In this document: in pieces, positions 1 to 8,263 of the stretch
Numbering within the stretch: position 1 is the stretch's first letter
Layout: each line of letters opens with the position of its first letter
NCBI GenBank assembly: GCA_031551255.1
Contig: JAVBNW010000066.1
Span: 8,955-72,954 of the forward strand
Length of the DNA stretch: 64,000 nucleotides
Direction of reading: 5' to 3'
DNA from: Eubacteriales bacterium
GTDB taxonomy: Bacteria > Bacillota > Clostridia > Christensenellales > UBA1750
The notes under the pieces: generated by a model
Seen by the model: the letters and a program-made list of their open reading frames with translations, nothing else
What the model was told of the DNA's origin: nothing
Databases searched by the model: none
Translations under genes and position numbers: made by a program

Positions 1-388
1 CTGCCTTCTCCACGACCTTCACATAGGCTTCAAACTGCCCCTTGTTACAGGTAAACCCGGCCATCTGTTGCGTGTCGCTCGTGTTGACGGCCGCCATGCT
101 GTGTTCAAACTCCGGTTCGGGCAGATCGCCGAATACGGCTTTGTCCCAGCTGCTGTCCCCGCCCAGCAGGTCTCCAAGCGCGCTGCCCGGCGCGGGAGTG
201 TCGCTGGCCTTGGGCGAAGCATCGTCACCGGATTGTATGACATCAGAGCCGGGCGCTGGAGAGGTTTCGCCTGGCCTTACGGCGCCCGAGGCGTTACCCT
301 CCAAAGCATCGTTGATGGCTTCAGCGAAGCAGCCGGAAAGCGAAAGTGCCAATACGGCGGCAAATACCAGGCACGCCATTCTTTTCAT
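1..388 (-). CDS. Lipoprotein (3' end beyond window), paralog of 409..1266; absent from the ORF track
   Basis: Manual translation from ATG 388: MKRMACLVFAAVLALSLSGCFAEAINDALEG...WDKAVFGDLPEP...FEAYVKVVEKA. LSGC lipobox; frame open to the window edge. Confidence 0.85.
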   Translation of the reverse strand, partial: MKRMACLVFAAVLALSLSGCFAEAINDALEGNASGAVRPGETSPAPGSDVIQSGDDASPKASDTPAPGSALGDLLGGDSSWDKAVFGDLPEPEFEHSMAAVNTSDTQQMAGFTCNKGQFEAYVKVVEKA

Positions 389-408
389 CACTAAAATTAC
401 TCCGTTCG

Positions 409-1266
409 TCATGGAAGCCGCCCTCTAGCAGCCGCCCGTCCTTGCGCTTTCGTCAGCACGATAATCCCCGTGGGATGCTGAGGGTCGGTCATCGATAGCT
501 CGATCATGATCTGATCGCCCGCCTTGTTGAAAGCGGAGAACAGCAGATCGCCGTCATCCTCGCCCTCCACGAGCTCCAGCGTGTATCCGGCCTCCTTGCA
601 CCACTCGCGGTAGGCGATGAAATCCTCGGACGGCCACACTTCGGTTTGATATATATAGCTGCCGCCGCCCGTGGCCTCCGCCTCGGCGATGGCGACATCC
701 GGAACCGGCAGGTCGGGCCATTCCCCGGAAGGCCATTCCGGGCTGACCGGCGCATAGGGCCAGTATTGAATGGCGCCCGCGCCGTCGGCAAACGAAATCA
801 CGGCGCCGTCGCCTCCAGCGTTCATCCCGGCGTACAGCAGCCCGCCCGCCTCGGCAATGACGCCTTCTTCGCTGACAAAACCCGCAGCCTCCACGGCCTT
901 CGCATAGGCGCGGTAGTCCTCTTCGGTCGCAAGAAAACCCTGATACACGCCGCCTTCCTCGGCCGCGACGGGCGTGATGAGCTGGAGTTTATCCGGCTTT
1001 GGCAAGCCGCCAAACCGCGCTGCCTCCCATACGAATATCTCCTGCGCACTCGATGGGGAGGGAACGACCGTCGCCTGCACGGTCGGCTGCGCGCTCGCGC
1101 CGGTCTGCGCCGGAGTAGTCTGTGTCGGGACAGTCTCCGTGGATACGGGCGTTACGGGGTTTTCGGATGCGCTCCCCAGCACGCGATCGACGGCTTCGGC
1201 AAAGCAGCCGGAGAACAATGTTGTGATGAAGATGCAAACTATCAGATAAAGCGGTTTCTTGCGCAT
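409..1266 (-). CDS. Lipoprotein with P/T-rich linker and two copies of a ~60-70 aa W..LP.P...Y..Y....GF/Y module
   Basis: FSGC lipobox; modules WEAARFGGLPKP..DYRAYAKAVEAAGF and WPSGEWPDLPVP..DFIAYREWCKEAGY. Confidence 0.8.
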   Translation of the reverse strand: MRKKPLYLIVCIFITTLFSGCFAEAVDRVLGSASENPVTPVSTETVPTQTTPAQTGASAQPTVQATVVPSPSSAQEIFVWEAARFGGLPKPDKLQLITPVAAEEGGVYQGFLATEEDYRAYAKAVEAAGFVSEEGVIAEAGGLLYAGMNAGGDGAVISFADGAGAIQYWPYAPVSPEWPSGEWPDLPVPDVAIAEAEATGGGSYIYQTEVWPSEDFIAYREWCKEAGYTLELVEGEDDGDLLFSAFNKAGDQIMIELSMTDPQHPTGIIVLTKAQGRAAARGRLP

Positions 1267-1267
1267 T

Positions 1268-2443
1268 TCATTTCCCTCCAGGCGTTGCTTCTACTTGCTC
1301 ATCGGGCTCATCGCGCGGCGCACCCGACATGCCGTTATATACCGGCGAGTAGCGGATCAACCCCGATCCATCCTTGAAACTCAGCTTTACCTGGCGTCCA
1401 TCCATGTTGACGGTAAAGACGAGGCCGTCGAGACCCTTTCTCTCCACGTCTTCTTGCAAAACATAGCCCTCATCTTCCAGCGCTTGCGCATAGGCGCAAA
1501 CCGCTTCTTCGTCGGCGGTAAATCCTACCGTGCAGGGAAACTCGCTTTGGTGGATGGTGTTGTAGATCACAAAGCCCTCCGGTTGGAGGAAATCCGCCAG
1601 CGCCTCGGCGTCCCATCCATCGACGATGATCCTGCTATCCTCATAGGTCCTTCTTGTTCCGCCCACCATGATTTCTAGCGAATCCTTTACCGAGACCGTA
1701 TCCCGGCCGCTGCGCACATCCTGGGTGGACCGCACCTGAAACCAAGATGAAGCCGCGTACTCAATGGAGGCCTCGCGCTTGCCGTATACGTCCTGTGGGA
1801 GATAGCTCTTATCGACGGGGCCAGCGCCCAAAATGATGTCCTCGCTGCTAAAGCCGATCATCACGTTGACCGCGTTGGTGACGCCGTCGGCATCGGCGTT
1901 CGCCTTGGGCAGCACAATTTGCCCAATATAGCCGCCGACTTTCCGCCGGGCGTAGCTGAAAACCGAATCCACGCCGCCGATCTGCCAATGGAGCACCACC
2001 GATTCCGTCTTGGCATCATAGCGGCCCTCGCCCACGTAACGCGCCCCGTCATAATCGTAGGAGACGGAGAAGGTTGTCTCGGGCTTGCCCTTCCGGATGT
2101 CGATCACGGCGCTATTGATGGCGCTCTCGCCGAAGGTATCTTCCGCCGCTTCGTAATGCCCGTCGTTCTCCGAAGCCTTTTGTAGCAGATAGCTTAGCGG
2201 CGCGATGGCCCGATACGATGCCGCGATCCAGGCATACCGATCGCCTACAAACGCCTCCGCCCCGGGCGCAAGGCTTACGCGCGCATCCACGGACATCATC
2301 ACGCGGCCATAGTAGTTTTCATAGAGGGCAATGGAGGTACCGAGCGTACCGTCGGGCATCGAATCGCAGCCCGCCAACGCCAACGCCACGGCCAGCGCGC
2401 AGAGCATGAATGCGGGCACACGGAAATAAGTGTGACGTATCAT
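1268..2443 (-). CDS. Lipoprotein of unknown function with a C-terminal copy of the same module
   Basis: LAGC lipobox; C-terminal WDAEALADFLQP..AYAQALEDEGY; abuts 409..1266. Confidence 0.8.
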   Translation of the reverse strand: MIRHTYFRVPAFMLCALAVALALAGCDSMPDGTLGTSIALYENYYGRVMMSVDARVSLAPGAEAFVGDRYAWIAASYRAIAPLSYLLQKASENDGHYEAAEDTFGESAINSAVIDIRKGKPETTFSVSYDYDGARYVGEGRYDAKTESVVLHWQIGGVDSVFSYARRKVGGYIGQIVLPKANADADGVTNAVNVMIGFSSEDIILGAGPVDKSYLPQDVYGKREASIEYAASSWFQVRSTQDVRSGRDTVSVKDSLEIMVGGTRRTYEDSRIIVDGWDAEALADFLQPEGFVIYNTIHQSEFPCTVGFTADEEAVCAYAQALEDEGYVLQEDVERKGLDGLVFTVNMDGRQVKLSFKDGSGLIRYSPVYNGMSGAPRDEPDEQVEATPGGK

Positions 2444-2471
2444 CGCGCATCCATCCCTTGCGAAATCCGGC

Positions 2472-3035
2472 CTATTTCAGAATCGTGATGCCGCCGATGA
2501 GCGGTAGCTTCTTACACTCGCCCTTCGCCGCATGGACGATGCCGATGATAGCGAACGCCGCGAACCCAAACCAGAGAAGGCCCAGGATCGTGCCCATCGT
2601 CAGCGCCAAGCGCCATGAGATGACGGCGAAGATGGCGTTGAGGATAGTCGTCAGGATGATATAGGCGATCTCCGCAATGGCCAGCACCAGGCCTTGGTTG
2701 GCGTGAAAGCGGGCGAAGCGCGACTCCTTAGCCGCGAATATCGGGACGAGCACCAGGAAGCCCAAGTATGCCAGGATGCCCATCGCCTTGTTGTTAACAG
2801 CATCCTGCGCCTCGGGCACCAACGGCGCGGCATATCCGGTTCCAGGCTGTGCGCCCGTTTGCTGTTGGGTGGTGTATGTTTGCTGTTGCGGCTGCTGCGC
2901 ATAGGTTTGGGCTTGCGGCTGTTGTGTATAGGAAGCTGACTGGGCAGGCTGCGCGGCCTGAATCGACGCACCGCAACCGGCGCAGAACTTCGCGCCATCC
3001 TTAAGGGTTTTTCCGCATTGAGGACAAAAAGCCAT
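2472..3035 (-). CDS. Zinc-ribbon + DUF4870 (Tic20-like) membrane protein
   Basis: CPQCG..FCAGCG, Q-rich linker, ILAYLG..SRFARFHANQGL..LPLIG; RBS GAGGAG. Confidence 0.85.
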   Translation of the reverse strand: MAFCPQCGKTLKDGAKFCAGCGASIQAAQPAQSASYTQQPQAQTYAQQPQQQTYTTQQQTGAQPGTGYAAPLVPEAQDAVNNKAMGILAYLGFLVLVPIFAAKESRFARFHANQGLVLAIAEIAYIILTTILNAIFAVISWRLALTMGTILGLLWFGFAAFAIIGIVHAAKGECKKLPLIGGITILK

Positions 3036-3070
3036 GATCGCTCCTCTTTTCTATTCCAATTTGTTTACGT

Positions 3071-3556
3071 CTAGGGAATCCGCTGCCCGCACTCGCCGCA
3101 AAAGCGGACGCCCGGCACGAGTTCCGCGCCGCAGGAAGCGCAGACGGGCTTGCTGTCCGCGCCCAGCTTGGCGCCGCATCCCTGGCAGAACTTCATGCCG
3201 TCGGTATTGCGCATGCCGCAGGCGGGGCAGATCAGACGCTGCTCGGCCTCCTGCACGGCCTTTTCTCCGGCCGCCTTTTCCAGCTGGACACTCTCCAAGG
3301 TACCGCGCGCCAAGGCAAGGTTGCTCTGAATGAGCCTCAGCCGGTCGGCCAGCTCGCCAAAGCGCTCCAAGCCATCGGCCTTGACGGCCTGCTTGCCGAT
3401 TTGGGCGTAGGCTTCGGTTTCCTTTGCCTCCAGTTCCGAGACTTCGTTTTGCGCGTTCATCAGCTTGACGTTTGGATCGTCCTGCGGCATGAAGCCGGAA
3501 AGGCCCTTCATCAGCCCGCCAAGGCCGCCGAGCCCGCCTAAAAGATTGTTGGCCAT
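3071..3556 (-). CDS. Coiled-coil + double zinc-ribbon protein
   Basis: CPACG/FCQGCG/CASCG/FCGECG at C-terminus; helical N-terminal half. Confidence 0.85.
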   Translation of the reverse strand: MANNLLGGLGGLGGLMKGLSGFMPQDDPNVKLMNAQNEVSELEAKETEAYAQIGKQAVKADGLERFGELADRLRLIQSNLALARGTLESVQLEKAAGEKAVQEAEQRLICPACGMRNTDGMKFCQGCGAKLGADSKPVCASCGAELVPGVRFCGECGQRIP

Positions 3557-3594
3557 GATCTTCTCCCCCTGTATGTGTTCGGTAGCGTCAAAGG

Positions 3595-3912
3595 TCAGAG
3601 TTCATCCTCCGGAGGGATGTCTTCGGGGTTCAGAGGCGTGCGCGCGTAGATGCGAAGCACATCCTGTTCATCGACGGCGCCCAGCTTGCGAAAAACGCTT
3701 CCGAACAAGCTGCGCGCGGTGCGCCGGTCCAGCATCATGGTTTCCGCCGTCCAGCGCGCGGTGTAGCCCTGCTTAAACCATTGGAACGCTTTCGTTTCCT
3801 CCGTCGTGAGCGACGAGATGCGGCGAAGTTTTTCAGCTTCGGTATCGATCTCCTCACCCGGAGGCGGGATGGTTGCTCTGCCAGCGGCTGCTTTTTTCCG
3901 AAACCAGCACAC
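3595..3912 (-). CDS. Small stand-alone LuxR/GerE-type HTH protein (divergent)
   Basis: SLTTEETKAFQWFKQGYTARWTAETMMLDRRTARSLFGSVFRKLG matches the LuxR HTH pattern; RBS AAGGAGG. Confidence 0.65.
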   Translation of the reverse strand: MCWFRKKAAAGRATIPPPGEEIDTEAEKLRRISSLTTEETKAFQWFKQGYTARWTAETMMLDRRTARSLFGSVFRKLGAVDEQDVLRIYARTPLNPEDIPPEDEL

Positions 3913-3976
3913 CAGATTCCCTCCTTCCGGCTCCGTGATCCATGCATAGATTGCACCCTGGCCAATGCCGTGTCGA

Positions 3977-3995
3977 TCTCCTAAAACTAGGGGGA
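3977..3995. promoter_or_regulatory. Imperfect palindrome, candidate LuxR-type operator upstream of the 3912->1 operon
   Basis: TCTCCTAAAACTAGGGGGA abuts a weak minus-strand TCGACA-17-CAATCT; related sequence at 5621..5643. Confidence 0.4.
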
Positions 3996-4005
3996 AAGTC
4001 CAAAA

Positions 4006-4038
4006 TCAAGCCCCTCCCAATTTTGGGGAGGGGCTTGA
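4006..4038 (-). terminator. Hairpin downstream of the 4071..5549 regulator, probable intrinsic terminator
   Basis: 13-bp perfect stem TCAAGCCCCTCCC/GGGAGGGGCTTGA followed by TTTT on the minus strand. Confidence 0.65.
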
Positions 4039-4070
4039 AATACTTATATTGGGGTGTTTTCGTTTGCAGA

Positions 4071-5549
4071 CTAAGCCGGAGCGGACGGATCGGTTTCATC
4101 CATCGGCGGCGGCGTTTCATTGAACCAAAGGAACAATTCGGATCGGCTGTTGATCCCCAGCTTCCGGTAGATGGACTTGCAGTAGGTGCCAACGGTGGAG
4201 AAGGCGATGTCCATCTCCGGCGCGATCTGCCGCATGGTCAATCCCTCCAGCAACAGCGCCGCCACCTGCTTTTCTCGCGGCGTGAGGTTCGAGGCTTCCA
4301 GCCGATCGACCGGCTTCGGTGCGGGTGCTTCTTCCGCAACCTCATCGGAGCATATATCCACGCCCCGGAAATCCTCGATCCACCGCGGCATAAAGAGCTG
4401 CTGGCTGATGACCGGGGACAGGAGCAAAATCGCCACGAAGGCCGCACCGATGAACACCGTGAGGATGAGCAACGTATCCCCGGGCCAAATGGCGGACAGC
4501 GCGCCGCTGGCGGCGGCGGTCGACACCATGCCGATATACAGGATAAGCATAAAGCGCCGGAAGAACCGATAACGCCCGCAGCGCTTGATGATTCCGGATA
4601 GCATGGCAAAGAGCGCGTAGATGAATAATGTCATCATCATATCCAGCAGAAAGGGCCCTAGCGTTTGAGAGATGCTGCCCGGCAGCCAGAGCAGGATCAT
4701 GCCCGCGACGGCCAGCAGGAGCACTACGTTCCACATATGCCACATGCTGCGCCGGAAAACGCCTTGAATAATTAATGCGATTGCGATGATCAGCAGGCCC
4801 GCATAGATTTTCTCCATGCGAAAGATGGAGTTCGTGGCAACGATATACTCGCTGGCCAGCCAGGTGATGGCGATGAAGAAGATGGCGTAGAGCAAGAACC
4901 AATAGCTGCCCGCGACGCGCGGGCACTGCACATCGGCTCCGGGCTCCGAACCGGATTCATAGCGCAACGGCAAACCCAGGGCGAGGAGACTCAACCCGGC
5001 TGCAAGGATGATACCGTCGCGCCAGATGCCCGGAAGCCATGCGCCCGCGCCGCCGACCCAATATCCCCAATTAAGCGAAAGGCAGATAGGCATCAGTGCG
5101 GCGAAGCGTTCGGCGTTGTTTAGTTTCGTGCTGAATAAGAAGAACGAAACAACGGCGACAACGCCGTCGGCAAGCAGACATAAGCAGCGGGCGGTGGCGC
5201 GTGCCGAACCGACGGGCAAGAATAACGTTGCAATCCATGTGGTCACTACAACAAGTAGCGCTAAACGAAAGATCATCTGCAGTCGGCGCTCGGGAACGAA
5301 TACGCCCAGCATGCAGCCACCGCAGAAGCAAAGACCGCTTACAGCCACGCTTCCCAGCCTAAATACCTTGAACTCGGGTTCAGCCGTATAGAAAAGGGCG
5401 CAAAAAAACAGAATGCTGAGCGGAAACACGGCCATTGTGCGCAAGCTTTCCCGCCGTATATGTTTCAGCCTCAGTGGAATGGTCTCGCTCCACAGATGAC
5501 CGACAGAGGAGACCAGGCGTGAGGCATACCCCCGATGTTCGCTACCCAT
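4071..5549 (-). CDS. Polytopic-membrane LuxR-family regulator (single HTH)
   Basis: ~400 aa of repeated hydrophobic segments; C-terminal LTPREKQVAALLLEGLTMRQIAPEMDIAFSTVGTYCKSIYRKLGINSRSELF. Confidence 0.9.
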   Translation of the reverse strand: MGSEHRGYASRLVSSVGHLWSETIPLRLKHIRRESLRTMAVFPLSILFFCALFYTAEPEFKVFRLGSVAVSGLCFCGGCMLGVFVPERRLQMIFRLALLVVVTTWIATLFLPVGSARATARCLCLLADGVVAVVSFFLFSTKLNNAERFAALMPICLSLNWGYWVGGAGAWLPGIWRDGIILAAGLSLLALGLPLRYESGSEPGADVQCPRVAGSYWFLLYAIFFIAITWLASEYIVATNSIFRMEKIYAGLLIIAIALIIQGVFRRSMWHMWNVVLLLAVAGMILLWLPGSISQTLGPFLLDMMMTLFIYALFAMLSGIIKRCGRYRFFRRFMLILYIGMVSTAAASGALSAIWPGDTLLILTVFIGAAFVAILLLSPVISQQLFMPRWIEDFRGVDICSDEVAEEAPAPKPVDRLEASNLTPREKQVAALLLEGLTMRQIAPEMDIAFSTVGTYCKSIYRKLGINSRSELFLWFNETPPPMDETDPSAPA

Positions 5550-5762
5550 ACGAGCCCCCTGATATGTGATATTTCCGATGAATCCCTACCCCTTATTATA
5601 GGGAGAGGGTCATGAAAAACCATTCACTAATGTTAGGGGGATGCCGTGAAATGGGCGATTGCGGGTTTTCCCACCGTGGGCTCTTTATTGAGATCATGGA
5701 TGAAGGGCGTTATACTTAAATCACTTCTAACATGATGACAAGTTTATGGGGGACATTCTTGC

Positions 5763-6620
5763 ATGAAGAGATTCAGATGGTTTCTCCTTGTCGGGGCATA
5801 TATCATCATAGCTTTAGCTGGATGCACGAATTCTGTGTCACAAGAATGGGCGCAAGGCGATCGTTTATTCTTTGGCCGATATCTCCAAGGCGGCAAGGAT
5901 GCTTTGGAGTCGATTGCATGGCGTGTGTTGGATGCCAATGAGGAGGAGCTTTTCTTGCTATCCGAGAGAAACCTGGATACAGGCGCTTATTCGCCGCAAG
6001 GCAGCAATGATTGGGAGACTTCACAGGCAAAGGGCTGGTGCGATGCTTTTGCTGCGAACATAGAATATTTCGATGCGTGGGAAAAGGCGCTGATGCTCCC
6101 CTATCGATTCACGACCGATGAGGGTATCGCGGGGGCGGAGGCTTGCGGGTATGTCTTTCTACTCAGCGATGCGGAGGCCAGGAATAAGGCCTTTGGCTTC
6201 GGATCGAATGATGGCCCCGACCGCGGCCGCGTAGGAATCAACACTGCTTATGTTGCAGGTACATGGATGTTCTCTGGCTCCGACGCCGGTGATTACTGGC
6301 TTCTCCGCTCGCCTGGCAGTAAGGGCGCTAGCATAAAGTACGTGGAACGCGACGGTTCCATCGCCGAAGTGAAGGCTGATGTGCTCTATAACTGCTACCG
6401 CCCGGCTGTACGCCTTAGCCGGGCGGGAATGGAAATTCAATCTGGAAAGGGTACGCAGGAATCCCCGTATGAGATCGGTGCGGCGAAACACCATAGACGG
6501 ATGATGCGAGCCCACTACAGCCCGGGCGCTTTCGTCGTTTCCACCGGCTGCACGCCGAGCATCACATACAGTTCGGTACGGCTGTTCACATTCAGTTTTC
6601 GGTACAGACTCTTGCAATAG
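5763..6620 (+). CDS. Lipoprotein, DUF6273-like
   Basis: LAGC lipobox; FGRY..WRVLD..LLSE..W.TS..VFLLS..WLLRSPG..RPA motifs. Confidence 0.75.
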   Translation: MKRFRWFLLVGAYIIIALAGCTNSVSQEWAQGDRLFFGRYLQGGKDALESIAWRVLDANEEELFLLSERNLDTGAYSPQGSNDWETSQAKGWCDAFAANIEYFDAWEKALMLPYRFTTDEGIAGAEACGYVFLLSDAEARNKAFGFGSNDGPDRGRVGINTAYVAGTWMFSGSDAGDYWLLRSPGSKGASIKYVERDGSIAEVKADVLYNCYRPAVRLSRAGMEIQSGKGTQESPYEIGAAKHHRRMMRAHYSPGAFVVSTGCTPSITYSSVRLFTFSFRYRLLQ

Positions 6621-8218
6621 GTGTTGGTCGTGGAAAAGGCGATGCCCAGTTCATTGGAAATCTGCTGAAGCGTGCGCCCCGACAGGAGGAGCGTGCACAC
6701 CTCCTCCTCGCGCGGCGAAAGGTCGTAATCCGCCAATATGGCCGCTAAATCATTTATCTGATCCTTTCGCTTCAAGGAGCCGATCATTATAAGCAGCGCG
6801 GAACGCGAAGCCGCGCCGCACTTCTCGCATAGGCTTTTTTCCGCCGCGCGCACCTCGCGCAACGGCAGGCTGAGAAAATACGCGGTGACATCGCTATCAT
6901 GATCGTCGATGATGTAGGCCAGCACCTGGCGTTCGGTTTCGGTAAACGCCGTGCCCTGGGGCAGACTACGCGCCATATCCTCGCCGATGCGGGCGATATC
7001 GGGGCGGTCGTGCGGCGGCAGCACCTCGCGCACATCCTGGCGCTCGGCATACTGGCGACGCGCGCTCATGTTCCGGGCGAAGCGCTCGATGGGCGGGATG
7101 AAAAAGTATAGCCCAAAGACGAATGGGAAGATGAGCGCGATATAGCGTGGGTCGGCGGGAAAGAGCGGTATCACCAGGCTGGCGACAACCTCCGCCAAAA
7201 AGAGCGAGACGATGTTCACGCACAGGAACACGCGCAGCCTCATGAACTTGCGGCCGTAGGTGAAGAAGATGCTGTACATCATCCAGAAGAAATAAAGATC
7301 CCAAAAAAGGTATGCGGGCTGCATGAAGGTTTCCACGATGTTGCGGCCGCCGGAGCCCGCGAGCATGAAGGCGAAGAACCCCCCGGTAATGAGCACGAGA
7401 AAGATGCGCAGCGTCCTGCCGATGGTAAAAAAACGGCTGAAGAGCAAAAAAGCGATCAGCGTGACGGCATTGGGCAGGATTTGATAGACATCGGTCCAGA
7501 AACTCTGCTCCATCCTGGGTATCAATACCGCCTTGTAAAGGGAAAAGCAAATCTGCACCAGCAGCACGTAGGCCAGCATCGGCCAGGTCTCGCGCAGGCT
7601 GATCCTGTTCTCGGGCAGCAGCCACCGCGCCTCCACCACGTTGCCGTCGAACTTCAGGCTGAAGAAAAGGCCGGCGCACAGCGTAACGCCGCCGATAGCA
7701 AAGAAAAGCCAGGGCATATCGTTGATGGGCGCGATGGTGTAGAGGTGAATGACGCCTTGGATGAAGATGTAGGCGATGGCTACGGCCTTGACCGGACTGG
7801 GGTTGATGATAAAGAAGAACATCGAGTAAAACACGCGGTAGGCAATAGCGCCGAGAAACAGGCCAGAAAGGGCGGTGAGCACGTAGAAAACCATGGGATT
7901 GGGGGCTATAGGCAGGAGAAAGGCCGAGATCAAGCCACCCGCGTGCAATCCTATCCATAGCTTGCGGTGCTTGGCGAGATCAATATCGCGCAGTACGAAA
8001 AAGCCGGTAAGGATGGACACCGCACAGCAAAGGTTGAAGATGGTCGACAGCAAGCCGGGGTCCGCTCCGCGCATCGTCGCGATCGCACCCAGCGGCGAAA
8101 GGCTGAAATTATAGAAGAAGGCCGTGTACCAGCAGTACAGCGCCACAAACGAAGCGAATACGTAGACGGCGTTCTTTGAGCGGGCAGCGGGCGTATTTAC
8201 CGGCGAGGCCTGGATCAT
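6515..8218 (-). CDS. Polytopic-membrane LuxR-family regulator with tandem HTH
   Basis: Hydrophobic N-terminal domain; degenerate FTETERQVLAY..KCGAASRSAL followed by canonical LSPREEEVC..KLNVNSRTELY; RBS AGGAGG. Confidence 0.9.
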   Translation of the reverse strand: MIQASPVNTPAARSKNAVYVFASFVALYCWYTAFFYNFSLSPLGAIATMRGADPGLLSTIFNLCCAVSILTGFFVLRDIDLAKHRKLWIGLHAGGLISAFLLPIAPNPMVFYVLTALSGLFLGAIAYRVFYSMFFFIINPSPVKAVAIAYIFIQGVIHLYTIAPINDMPWLFFAIGGVTLCAGLFFSLKFDGNVVEARWLLPENRISLRETWPMLAYVLLVQICFSLYKAVLIPRMEQSFWTDVYQILPNAVTLIAFLLFSRFFTIGRTLRIFLVLITGGFFAFMLAGSGGRNIVETFMQPAYLFWDLYFFWMMYSIFFTYGRKFMRLRVFLCVNIVSLFLAEVVASLVIPLFPADPRYIALIFPFVFGLYFFIPPIERFARNMSARRQYAERQDVREVLPPHDRPDIARIGEDMARSLPQGTAFTETERQVLAYIIDDHDSDVTAYFLSLPLREVRAAEKSLCEKCGAASRSALLIMIGSLKRKDQINDLAAILADYDLSPREEEVCTLLLSGRTLQQISNELGIAFSTTNTYCKSLYRKLNVNSRTELYVMLGVQPVETTKAPGL

Positions 8219-8263
8219 GTCCCATCCTCCTTTTATTATGAAAATACTTATAAACCGTTCGAA

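Noticed and set aside
6290-6420. DUF6273-like C-terminus (WLLRSPG..RPA) as a diversity-generating retroelement variable region
   Set aside because: No template repeat copy or reverse transcriptase seen in the window
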